Positions 26,787 through 38,092 of a stretch of DNA of 64,000 nucleotides are shown here, piece by piece; within the stretch, counting starts at the first letter, position 1, and the number at the start of each line of letters is the position of its first letter. The position numbers were made by a program, and so were the translations under genes. The notes beneath the pieces were generated by a model. It did not search any database and was not told where the DNA came from. It saw only the letters and a list, made by a program, of their open reading frames with translations. Source of the stretch: Microthyrium microscopicum. Lineage: Eukaryota. The stretch spans positions 2,700,627 to 2,764,626 of the forward strand of contig MU004230.1 of NCBI GenBank assembly GCA_010405405.1, read 5' to 3'.

Positions 26787-28066
26787 ATGCCAGGTATTCC
26801 CCATGGTGACGCAGTCACTGTTGCCGGTGCGAACGTCGATGGAAGCGTACTCAATGAAGAACCAGGTTAGTCAACTACTAAAGCAGCCAAAAAAAATGTA
26901 ACTTACAGTTTCAAAGCAAAGTCCGAGAAAGCAGCACCGAATGAATTCGAAGAAGTGGTCAAACTTCCCGACGTGTTTGCATACTTTGCCAACGGCGACC
27001 TGAAGGTTCACCCAGACTACGACGACTGCGTCCTTGCAGCGAAAAAGTGGCTCTTGAAATACACCGACGAGAAGACTGCCTCCTATGTGATCTCAATTGA
27101 CTGGTGCTGGTACTCAGCTGCTTGTGTGCCTGAAGCAAATTTCGAGGGCCTTCGTCTTGTTTCCGACTGGGGCAATTGTCTATTCCCCTTCGATGATTGT
27201 AAGTAAGCTCAAGCATTAAACCAAATCGAAGGCTTATAACTTCGCAGTATTTGACGATGGCCTCATGGACAAAGATATTGATGCTGGGAGGGACCTGATT
27301 GACAGCCTGCTAGCCTATACAAGAGGCCAAAAGTGGCACAAGCCCAAGCATCCTTTCGCAAAGGCACATGATGATATTTGGGACCGCTTGCAGCAAGGTT
27401 CCCCGAGTATCGCCAAAAGATATGCCGCATCCATTGAAGCATCTCTCAACAGTGTGCTAGAGACCATCATCGAAAACGTTGATGGCCGTCTATCCACTTT
27501 TGAGGAACGGGTAGAGCGGGCCCATACGTCTGCTTATTCAATGCCCATGTGCATCATGATACAGTCTGTGCTCGGCATTGAGCTTCCTGAGGAGGTCTAC
27601 AGCAATCCTGTTTTCTTGAAACTGGAGCGACTGGCCAGAGATGTCTTGATCGTGCAGAACGATGTTCTGTCTTATCAGAAGGAACAACTCGACGGGGCCA
27701 ACAACAATGTGATCTCCCTGCTGCGAGCTCAAGGCAGGTCTGCTCAAGAAGCTATGGATCAATGTGGTACCTATCTTGACCAGGTGTATCATGACTGGTA
27801 CGAGACTCGAGCCAAGCTGCCATCATTCGGTAAGGAGGTAGATGACAAAGTGCAAGACTACATTGAAAATGTACTGCTCGTTTCGGTGAGAACAAACCCA
27901 CATTGCACGTAAGTATAATCCGTTCTTTCCCCATTAAGTACCGACTAATAGGTGAAGTTTCCGGTCCAAACGTTATTTCGGCGAGAATGGCGAACAGGTA
28001 CGCAAAACCGGATGCATTACCGTTCACTCCGACAAGCGTCTGGAGCAGCTTTTAAAAAAGGAGTGA
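26787..28066 (+). CDS. Class I terpene cyclase (probable sesquiterpene synthase), ~376 aa
   Basis: Exons 26787-26865, 26917-27198, 27248-27908, 27958-28066; spliced DDxxD motif FPFDDLFDDG; NSE motif NDVLSYQKE; C-terminal RY pair in FRSKRYFG. Confidence 0.88.
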
Positions 28067-30023
28067 TGCAATGTTTCCTTGGACCATAAATGTAGTCTCA
28101 TCATGTCATTTGTTAGTATGTCCTAGAACAAATCTTCAATGTCTTTCAACCGCAGAGGTTATAGTTATAGAGAGGTTCCTGAAGCACCAGCAATGAATGA
28201 ACTTTTTGAATATCCAAAAGCCTTTCGCGCGTACTGGTGTCGGCTCAGTTTGACCAATATTGGAAGGATTATCTGAAATACGCTTGAATTACAGTGCTTC
28301 AGGCGTAATGCTAGTTTGCATACCAACGGACATAGAAGGCACTAGACAGTAATAAGGCAGATTCGGAACAGAATCCCGCTGTTCCGCCATTACTATCTTC
28401 ATATGATCCTATAAGAGTGCCAGACCCGTACGAAAATGTCGATCCTTCTGATGTAGTTGGCTCGAGTGCTCACTCGCATGATCCATTTACTAATCTAGAA
28501 GTATCTCCGGGCCCCTCTAAGTGCTTGGTTTACTGTGGTGAAACCTTGTACGGAATCAACATACTCTTGTCTTTCTAGAAGTTCTGTTCGAACAGGTAGC
28601 ACGAATAGAAAGGTGTTAGGACTCTCTTGATTCTCTTGACTTAAGCTCAGTCGACGATCTACGAACTATCAAAGAGAATTTTCAGACTAATCATGGGCAA
28701 TCGGACCGAAAAGCAAAGATCTCCACTCATGGCAAACTCTGCCCTGATTTACAGTACATGCATATATCCCTAAATGTATGCACTCAGGAAGTATATTCAA
28801 GGTCTTTCCATGCTCATCCCAACTTAAAGCGACTTGCATGATTTGGCCAGGTAGCGTTGCCGCCAGGTACATGCACGTAGTCGTCCTGCGTCTCGCAAGT
28901 CGTTCAAGTGATAGACGCACGTCGAGGTACTGATATCACAGCCTCACTACATTAGCACGATAAATCTCGCTCTCGCAAACGCTCGGCCTACTGAAGCAAA
29001 GTTACAACAGCAATACAGTGAAGATGGTTCGATATGTACTGGGCATCTAAGTATTGAGCAATCCTTCAATCGCCACAGAACTAAGCTGCTGCACCTCGCC
29101 ATGAATGTATGATTTTCCTTACCTACTTCCTATCAGCTGGACAAAACATCTGACCAATAAGCCGCTCGCAGACGGCATCGTACCACAAAGTACCGGAGTC
29201 GAAAGTGACAGGAGATCCTAGTGTAACTTGCAAGGTACACCCAAGTCTTACGAGGGACGCTATCTAGTCCTTGTATCCATAATCCTTGATGTTTTGACCC
29301 TTGTATAGACATTACTGAAAACGTGGTTAAAGTCTGGAGAATCCTCGTACTTGCATATGCTTAACGGCGTCTCCGGACACACTGTCTAAATCGTCCCCGG
29401 TAGAGAAAAGAAAAGTTAGACCTCCTACTGCAACTCATCCGTAGCAGTAGGTTACTTTCAAAGCATAGATAATTGGAAAATAAGAAACCTCACACAAGAG
29501 GACGTTGATTTAAGATTCTAAGAAACCGGCTTGTGGCACGTGGTGCATCGCAGATCGCTGGTTTCCGCGCGCTTGAATATTGAAAGTTTATTTTGTATCA
29601 GGGTGCAAGAAAAGTGAAGAATCATTGGTTTGCGAAGGCTGTGACGGATTGTCAGTGGCAGGATCGCGGCAATGCGCCTATCGAACTGTGGAAAAGCAAT
29701 CATCCATCGAGGTTGTGTGACACGAGAGCAAAAGGAATATGCGTTAAAGTTTACTTCCAATACGAAACATTGTGAGTTAGCGAAAAGACGATACTAGTCT
29801 GATTAAAGACCTAAACAAGAAGGCTGAGATTGCAGCCTGATACATTACTAGACTCCTCGCCACTGAATAATGTAATTCCATAACTCCATGCTGTGCCAAA
29901 AGAATCAGATGAGCGAAGAAAGCTTTGGCTACGCGAAATTTCAAGTAGTCGCTATGTACGGGAAGTTGGCAAATCAAAAGGCACACTGCTACCGCAGTGG
30001 TTTCTGCGAGCTGTATAATAACT

Positions 30024-31379
30024 TCAAGCTTCGCCATTAAAGATCAACAAGTTGTTAGTGTCTTGCTTGTTCTTCTGGACGGCTAGATTTTGTTAGCATG
30101 AGATTAAGATAGAGTGGTTTACAGCGAGCGCACGCCGAAGATGTGTTCAAGTTGGAGAGATCTTACCATCCTTTGTAGCCATATCTTTGATCTTACTACA
30201 GAGCGCAGCTGGACTCATCTTTCCGTTCAGTCCGAGAAGATAAGCACCAAGACCCGCAAGATGAGGCGATGCCATAGATGTGCCGGATATAGTGTTCTGA
30301 ACTGTGTTAGAGCCAGTTCTTTAGGGAAGGGCGACTGCTTACTGTTGAACCTCCTCTCCATGTGGAAAGAATCTTGAAGCCTGGAGCATAAACAGCAACT
30401 GGATGGCCCCAATTGCTAAAGTCAGCAGGCTGGTCTGTCTCATCAGTGGCAGCAGCGACGCAAGATTCAGGAGCATTTGCAGGAGCGACATTGGCAGTAT
30501 CTTGGTCTTCGTTACCAGCTGCTACTGCAACAAACACGCCAGCGGCAGTAGCTTCCTTCACTGCGTCTTTCGTCGACTGCCAGGTGGTACTGGAGGAGCC
30601 CAGAGATAGGTTGATGACTACACCGTTTGTGCAACCCCGGGTCTTTGAGTCCGACACAGTCTCGATGATCGCAGCAGCTATACCAGAAGCTGTGCAGGAC
30701 CCACTGACGTTGCAGACTTTCATTCCGAAAAGTTTAGTCTTCTTTGCAACACCATAGCTTTTAGATCCAATCGTGCCAGCAACGTGAGTACCGTGGCCAT
30801 GCATGTCCTCATCATTGCCATCACCCTGGTCAAATGTCTTGACAAAGGTAGCTCGGCCTTCGAATTCGGGATGGGTCACTTCAAGGCCAGTGTCGAGTAT
30901 ATATGCGCAAGTGCCTTCGCCACCAGTAACATCATATATATAATCAGATGGTCCTAAACTCCGGTGGCTGATACGGGCCAGTCCCCAGGTAGAATTGCTC
31001 TGCGTTGTTTGCCTTGCAGGGCTACTTGCAATATCTTGTATATGAAATAGACCATCAGCCTCGACATAAGCAACCTAGCCTGTTAATGACTGAAGAATAA
31101 AGCTTTTGGTGGGAATAGACTTACTTTGGAATCTGCTTTTATGCCTGTGACTTGAGTGGCAGTCAGTGAGGCAGCAAAGCCTTTGAAGTCGCCGAGATCG
31201 TAAGTATGAAAGGGATCTACGCTCTCAAAGAGAGATCCTCGCTTAGAGATGCCAAGTGATTGAATGCTGTGTTCTGGCTTTAATACTACAATGTATTTGG
31301 AGGTGGCTTGTGTAGTATTTGCGACGGGAGCTGCAAACGCTGTGGCCTGTAAAGCGAGGTATGCGAGAAGTGAGCGCAT
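30024..31379 (-). CDS. Secreted proteinase K-like subtilisin (S8A) with I9 propeptide, ~391 aa
   Basis: Exons 31379-31125, 31074-30343, 30296-30167, 30082-30024; signal peptide [16 protein letters not shown]; propeptide KYIVVLK...FKGFAASL; catalytic triad [20 protein letters not shown]; oxyanion AAGN; C-terminus [11 protein letters not shown]. Confidence 0.93.
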
Positions 31380-33126
31380 TATGCCAGTCTATACTTGTTG
31401 TATATGCTCAGTAGCGATTATACTACAAGCGTGTTAGTATACGGCTGAACTATCAAAGCCACAGGCTAAACAAGATTGGATGTTTTCGCAGTAGAACTTC
31501 ATGATACACTGTCCGAACTATAGACTATTTTAGTAGTCACTGAGTTCGAGAGCACCATCTCGCAGAGTTAAAAGATCATAGGAAAGCTAAGTTCTTCAAG
31601 CTCTCTCCTCACAAACGATCATGTAAGGTAGGAGTGGTCGAATGTCTTTAGATGCTCGTACAGAGGGAAATCTTACCTTAGTCTAGCAGAACTGAGATTG
31701 ATAAGACAAGGATTGTGATGGGTTGCATGCGTTTGATTTTCAACTTCGAGTTGATACATCTTGATGATATATAAACTACAAATCTCTGAGATCTTATAAT
31801 CCCAATGTAGTAGGTATTACTTTGGTTATCTTGGTGGATTCTGTTGGCTCAAATACCCCAGAGGTTGGGAATCCTAAAAAACCCATCAGTCAGCCAGACA
31901 TGTGTCTTGGAACATGCGGCTTAGAAGTTCAGAAACGAGAAATGATAGGTTCGAAGAGAAATCTAGCCAATAGGTTCCATTCCAGTTGTGTGCTGATTCG
32001 GTGGCTGACATTCAGTCCTCAGTTGTTTAGGGGAGTTCATCTTGCATCAATCGGTTGGCCTTCCCGATCGGAAAGATATGCAGGAACACAACAGGTGCGC
32101 CACGACAACATGAATCAAGTCATAGGGGAATGCCAGTTGCTGAAACTGATGTCGACATTTGGTTGACCGTAGCTGTGACGAAAGCAGGCTGTGAACTCAG
32201 CACGAGAACTTGACCGGTTCGAGACATCATCAGGAGCCAAAGATGTAAGACTGATTCATGGAACTATCGGATACAGGGATAAGTTAACCTTATTCTGTCT
32301 TCTTACCATTGCCGATTTTGGAAGCTGTTCGACTTCTGATCAAGGTCAGCCTAAAAAATCGAACGACAATATGTTACGAGTAGATACTGAAACGTATTTG
32401 CCAGCTTGAGTATTGAAGTGCCTTTAGATATATCATCTTGATGGGCCATGGCCAAGAACATGCAACATGAAATATGATGTTCGAGTGCATGATAACTTCA
32501 AGCATCCATTCAAAACGATCTTGCTATGTACCGATAGTATGCCTTTGATCCTGTAGGAAAGCTCAAACCATCAGTGACAGCTCGTAAGAATTTTGAGCGG
32601 CACATATGTCAGTAAGCTTTCACTTTGTGATGAAGAAATTAGTATTTTAGGAGTTAGACATCTGCCGAATAGGCATGTCTGGTGTTTTATGCTAGGAACA
32701 GCACAAGAGATCTGTGTTGATCAGCAACTAGCAAGGGATCGCAATTTATTTTGAGCATCAACTGGGCTTCATACCTGCCATATAGATTCTAGGTCCTAAT
32801 CCTTGCCAATGATCACTTCAGAGTCTAGGCATGGACATATCAGCAAAAAATGATTTGATGCAGTTTTCACTAGCTTAATAAGTCTGCCGGTGGTGAAGAC
32901 ATCTTTTCCAGCAGCGGCCAGTTCTATGGGCATTCTGGTACCTGTTACTGCTTGATGGTTCAGCAGAAGTGGTTGGTCCGAAGTCATGTCCTGGGCCACC
33001 TCTAGGAATATTGGTTTGCAATCAATGTCAAAGGTCTGCCATCATAGAAAGTTGGGCATCATATAGTTCTAGAAGTCAAAGTGGGTATCATATTCAAGTT
33101 ATGCAACCGATAACTGTTGATGCAAT

Positions 33127-34266
33127 TTACCAGCCGTAATGGTTGCCAGCTTCCTTTCGATTGCGCTTTCCGGTGGCCCAAGCATCTTCCAAAGCGTCTT
33201 TTTGATTCACCGCAGCGTTGATCAGCTGTCGGATAGAATGTTTGCCTGGCTGGATTGCATGAACGGGATTATGTTGGACGGTTTCTCCAGTGGCGCGGAG
33301 TTCTTCGTTGGCAGCATACTCTTGGTCGGTGTTGAAGTTGACAATGTTGATTGGCATGTCACCTGCTCGTCCTTTGCGGCCAAAGAGTTGTCTTCGACTG
33401 GCTTCGTCTAGGTTCAGATCCGAAGCAATGTTACCAAGTGTATGGGGCTGGCTCTGAGACTGAGCACCTGCAGAACTGAATTGAGATGTTTGAACTTCTT
33501 GTTGATAAACCTCTTCTTCAGCCTCGGCATCCTCTGCCTCTAGCTGTGGAGTCGCAGTTGCTGCCTCCTCGTTATGAGCGAAAGAGAACAGCGACACTTT
33601 TGGCTTTGCAGCAGGTGGTCCTGATGTTTCCGCGGGTATAGTGCTTGATGTCACTGTGGTTTCCTGTGTAGTAGCGGCCTGTATAGATGATGCAGTCCGT
33701 TTCTTCTTTGTGTTTTTGCGAGCCACCGACAAAGGCTTGAACATGGTGTTTTTTCCAACAAGCTTCAATTCTGGCTCCTTGACTGTAGCGCTCGCAGCTG
33801 AGGGTAACCCAGATGCCAAATTCGGGGCTTCAGGAGGTGATTTCTCAGCATAATCATTATGCGACACAGGCTCCCGACTGAATGCTGGTGTTGCGCCAGT
33901 CTTCAAATTGACACCCCTCCCAAGTCCTCGTCCTACACCAAGCTTTTTATTGTTCGCGCCCTCGGTGGCAGTCGATGCGGCTGCTTCGCCTGATCTTTTT
34001 GGTGCAGGGAGGAAGGAACTCAAGCCGCCCATCAGTCCACGTCCACCTATTCTTGGCTTTTTGGCCGGCCTCTCGCTGTCTTCGGGTGCTTCATTGTTTG
34101 CAGGACCAGTAGAGGGTAAGTTGACGCGGATTTTCTTGGGATTTGAGCTGTCGACAACTTTCTTGAAGGTTTGGGCTGGAGGGGCGGTTTTGGGTGCTGG
34201 CGGGGCAGAGGTGTTTTCGACTTCGTCGTTAGAACCCTCCGAGTCAGAATAGTCGACCAGAGCCAT
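33127..34266 (-). CDS. PRCC-family protein (mitotic checkpoint regulator, MAD2B-interacting), 379 aa
   Basis: Single exon; N-terminal MALVDYSDSE, internal FLPAPK, C-terminal GKHSIRQL...LEDAWATGKRNRKEAGNHYGW typical of the family. Confidence 0.8.
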   Translation of the reverse strand: MALVDYSDSEGSNDEVENTSAPPAPKTAPPAQTFKKVVDSSNPKKIRVNLPSTGPANNEAPEDSERPAKKPRIGGRGLMGGLSSFLPAPKRSGEAAASTATEGANNKKLGVGRGLGRGVNLKTGATPAFSREPVSHNDYAEKSPPEAPNLASGLPSAASATVKEPELKLVGKNTMFKPLSVARKNTKKKRTASSIQAATTQETTVTSSTIPAETSGPPAAKPKVSLFSFAHNEEAATATPQLEAEDAEAEEEVYQQEVQTSQFSSAGAQSQSQPHTLGNIASDLNLDEASRRQLFGRKGRAGDMPINIVNFNTDQEYAANEELRATGETVQHNPVHAIQPGKHSIRQLINAAVNQKDALEDAWATGKRNRKEAGNHYGW

Positions 34267-34582
34267 GTTCGGTTGCTGAACTTTGGTAGGTTAGGCGTTG
34301 ATTGTGTGAGCAGGTAAAAGTCTGATGCTGAACAGTTGAGGACCAGATGGATGTTGATGGTGCACGTGTAGCATCACCACGCTAAGAACTTTAAGGTGGA
34401 AGGATCGACCTCCTGTAACGAGCGACCAGACCCTTGGAAACTCGCTCCTTTCCTAACATTATATCTTGAAACAGCTGCATTTCTTTCCTACAACTAACTA
34501 CTCCAGTGCTCGTTGACTCCTACATTCGTTTGCCATAGTTGTGATCCATAGATATGTAGGCTTTGCGCCAGGTTGGCTCGCA

Positions 34583-37166
34583 ATGTCCCTCCTTCAGGAC
34601 GAAGAGTAAGCTGCCCTCATCCGTTGTGCAACGCTTATGCTAACAGCGCATGTTAGATTTGTGATATACCAATTGCGCACATCTTATTTGTCCCATATCA
34701 AAGATGGCGTCGGTGAACGTCTTATCAATGTCAACTCCTCCGTCCTAAATAATCCTGCCTTTCGCGCCTCTGGTTGGCAGCATCCTGCCTCTGAAATCAA
34801 GCGAACGTATTCCCCGCCCATCCCTACCGCAGTTACAGCCGAATATTTCCAAGCCCCACGCGTAGCATCACTACCTGGAGGTGCATTTGGCGACGATGAA
34901 GATGAAATCGGAATGGTTACAGGAGGCGGGTCTAACGAGACTGTGGGACCCGCTGTGAATGCGAAGCGTCGAAGACGTAAAGAACAAATGGAACAAGACG
35001 ACAGTAGTGATCTAAGTGAAGACAGCGACGAAGACACAGAGGCTAGGTAAATTACGTCTTCTGTGTGAAGGTGGAGCGGAAGCTAATTGACACAGGCCTG
35101 TGCAAACCATAAAGTTTGCAAAAATGCCTTTACGAACTCGCGCTGGATCCTCTCCGACGCAGAGCACGCCGCTAGGGGATGGACCGGCATTGTTAGTCAC
35201 ATCGCCCTCAAGGCCCTCCGAGATGAGCCAACTACGAAGGGGTTCAGTTGGCGCAGTGGAAGGTATGCGACCGCGGAGAGACACTACGACAACCACAGCT
35301 AGCAGCGAATTGTCCTCTGAGAATGAGGTTGATTCTTCTTTCTTCCAACGGAAACCTGTAAGCTCTAGAAAAGCTCGGATTAGCCAACTCCTTACAGATC
35401 GAATACAAGAAGACGAACGAGAAGGCAATTCTGATGATGACCCCGGGGCAGAGTCAGACACTACATTATCATCCGTCTTGGAGGGTAGTGCTGACTCTGG
35501 ATCGATTCTTGGTGGAACGAACGAGTTGGGTGTCTCGTTATCTGGAAAGTTGCCCGGTATACCTCAAGCATCGACTCCTCAAAGAGGCTCACCGCGAAAA
35601 CTTCGTCCTCAGCCTGCAGCCCTCCAGGCACTTCCTCCCCCACGACCCATTAGCATGATTGCACCGGTCAGTTTGCTGTCCCAGGCACTAAATGCCAAAA
35701 CGAAAGCCCCGGAGGTACCGTTTACGCGATTTGCCACCCTATCAGGAAAGGCTGATACGTCGCCTCTTTACATCAAAATATACGCTGCAAGTTCCAAGGC
35801 TCCGGATAAGCCCTTTGAGATAATGCTTCGAAGAGCTGGTGAAAGTGGTGTGACTACAGTCGCTGATGCAATAGGTTTTGCCTTGTATCGATACAATGAA
35901 GAAGCACGTGAACCCAAGATCACTGGTGATAAGGCCAATGTGAATCGTTGGAACTTTCGCATGGTTGAAGACGGCGAAGTCGAATATGACTTTCCAGCAC
36001 TAGGTAGGACAAGGGCTATCTCCGATTTTACTAGTAACAATAATCGGGGTGCTCGTGGTCGATCTAGAGAAAAGCCATGGGATGAGTTTGCGCTTGTCGA
36101 GGCGTCGGAGGGAGAGTTCAAAGCAAACGAAACAGCGACACCCAAGTATGGCGAAGAGGCATCACCAGCTCTGGAGAGTGTGGCAGAGAATGCTCCACCC
36201 CCAGTACCCTCAACACCGGCGCCTCCGCCTCCTGCAGATTCCCCTTCTCCATCTATCACTCCTTTCCGAAATCCCATCACAGGCCCATCTTTTGCATCAT
36301 CTGTCTTCCGCAAAGATGGCCAACCTCTTGATGCCCCAGTACCTAACGTTGCACGAGCAATTCCGAGAACGGGACTTTCGAAGAACCTCAACATCCGCTT
36401 CACAGACGAAAATCTTCTTACTCGCACCACTCTTATAGAAGTCACAACAGACACGTACATTGCCGAAGTATTCGACCAAGTATGCAAAAGACTCAACCTT
36501 GACAAGGCACTTTATGTGATCAAAGTATCAAACTCCAACACCATTGTTCCCCACGATCGTACAGTGGAAGCTCTAGGCGACCGCTCGGATTTGGATCTAC
36601 ATCGACGACGCTTTGTCGGCGACGGCTCTTTTGGACTTAGCAACTCTCCTGGCAGTACATCTCCTAATGCGCCTCTTCTTATCGTCCCCAGCGGCAGTGC
36701 TGGCACGCCGAAAAAGGGCAGCAAAAAAACCACTGGCTTCGGATCAATCCCACCATCTCAACGACATGACGCCAGTAGTATTCTATTCAGCGGTGCTCTC
36801 GGCATGGGTATGGGAGCCTTCAAACGCTACCACGTGGTACGCAAACAACCCATGAGCTTCAGCAGCTCCTCCAACCGCATTATCACGCTTGATAGCGAAT
36901 TTATGCATATCATGCCGTCCGAAGGGCCCAAGGCCATGTGGGAAACTCAAGGCAAAACGACCACAATTCCATTTTCCAGTGTTGTAGGGTGCAAAGTATC
37001 GCGGAAACATGCTCGGATGTTTCGCGTAACGGTTTTCAAGGAGCGCGAAAGTAAGAGATATGACTTTGAGGCTTCTAGCCCAGAAGAGTCGATGGAGATT
37101 GTGGAAGAGATAAGGAAGGGTATGGATAGTAGTAAACCTGAACGGTTACTGGAGTTTGGTATGTGA
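34583..37166 (+). CDS. sin1: TORC2 subunit Sin1/Avo1 (stress-activated MAPK interacting protein)
   Basis: Exons 34583-34605, 34657-35046, 35096-37166; N-terminus MSLLQDEEFVIYQLRTSYL; CRIM domain TVADAIGFALYRY...NRWNFRMVEDGEVEYDFPAL; C-terminal PH YHVVRKQPMSF...KRYDFEA. Confidence 0.92.
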
Positions 37167-37356
37167 TCTTGCTAGAGCTTCTGGCTATAAATGATATGAC
37201 GAGATGAACCATTCTGCTTTTCTGATGTCTTGTGAAAACGTGCCTTCCTAAGCTGCGCATCCCTGTGTAATGGTGCAGCTGATAGTACGTCCTTTTTCTA
37301 TCTATCTCGTAAGCCTATATGGCACAGGCTTTGTTTCATCCTAGCCCAAGTTCCAG

Positions 37357-37755
37357 CTACTCTGTCCTTCCATCGCCTGTCACAAACTCCTCAACAACAT
37401 AAGATCTCGTCCTCTCCCTCACCAAAAACTTCCCTTCGTCCTCCACAATCTTCTCTCCACCACCATCACTCGCAATACGCACACCCCAAGCCTGATATGC
37501 TTCCAAGGACTCGAAAACCAGTTCCGTAATAACGTCAAAGTCAATACCAGCTCCGCCATCGGCCGGAGGAATCATTACCCCAAAGGTACCGGCTGTCTCG
37601 TCAAGATGGGTGTAGCGTCGTTTGTAGACGGGCGGCAGAGTGTCGCCGGATAATGATATGATGAGAGGAAGGTGCTTTGTCTCATAGTAGGAGATGAACT
37701 CGCTGGTGCTGAGGGAGGGAAGCTTGGAGAGGAAGGCGAGGATACGATATGGCAT
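37357..37755 (-). CDS. EthD-domain (dimeric alpha/beta barrel) protein, 132 aa
   Basis: LSTSEFISYYETKHLPL...DFDVITELVF...IVEDEGKFL matches the fungal EthD pattern. Confidence 0.82.
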   Translation of the reverse strand: MPYRILAFLSKLPSLSTSEFISYYETKHLPLIISLSGDTLPPVYKRRYTHLDETAGTFGVMIPPADGGAGIDFDVITELVFESLEAYQAWGVRIASDGGGEKIVEDEGKFLVRERTRSYVVEEFVTGDGRTE

Positions 37756-38092
37756 CGTGGTGGTATGTTTTGACCCAATATCTGTTTGCTGTATTTATTG
37801 TATGGTATCTGGAAAATGATGATTGTGATATGTGGGAGATCTGTTGATACGATAGATTATTGAAAGTTGTGTATATTCTGCACGGCGTACTCCGTCCGTA
37901 CTGTACATCACAATCCTTAGTGGATCCAATCACATATATCATGCGTCTGGTATCGTCCCTCAACATCGTTCCATTCAATTACGCATTGTATGTCATTACA
38001 GCGTTATCCAGTATATACAATATAAGCAAAAAAATTCCGCACGAACTTCATTTTGCCAAAACTCTGTTCCGTCGTGTTATCATATAATCAAA

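Noticed and set aside
26787..37755. Secondary-metabolite cluster linking the terpene cyclase and the EthD gene
   Set aside because: They are ~9 kb apart, separated by a protease and two housekeeping genes, with no tailoring enzymes, transporter or cluster regulator.
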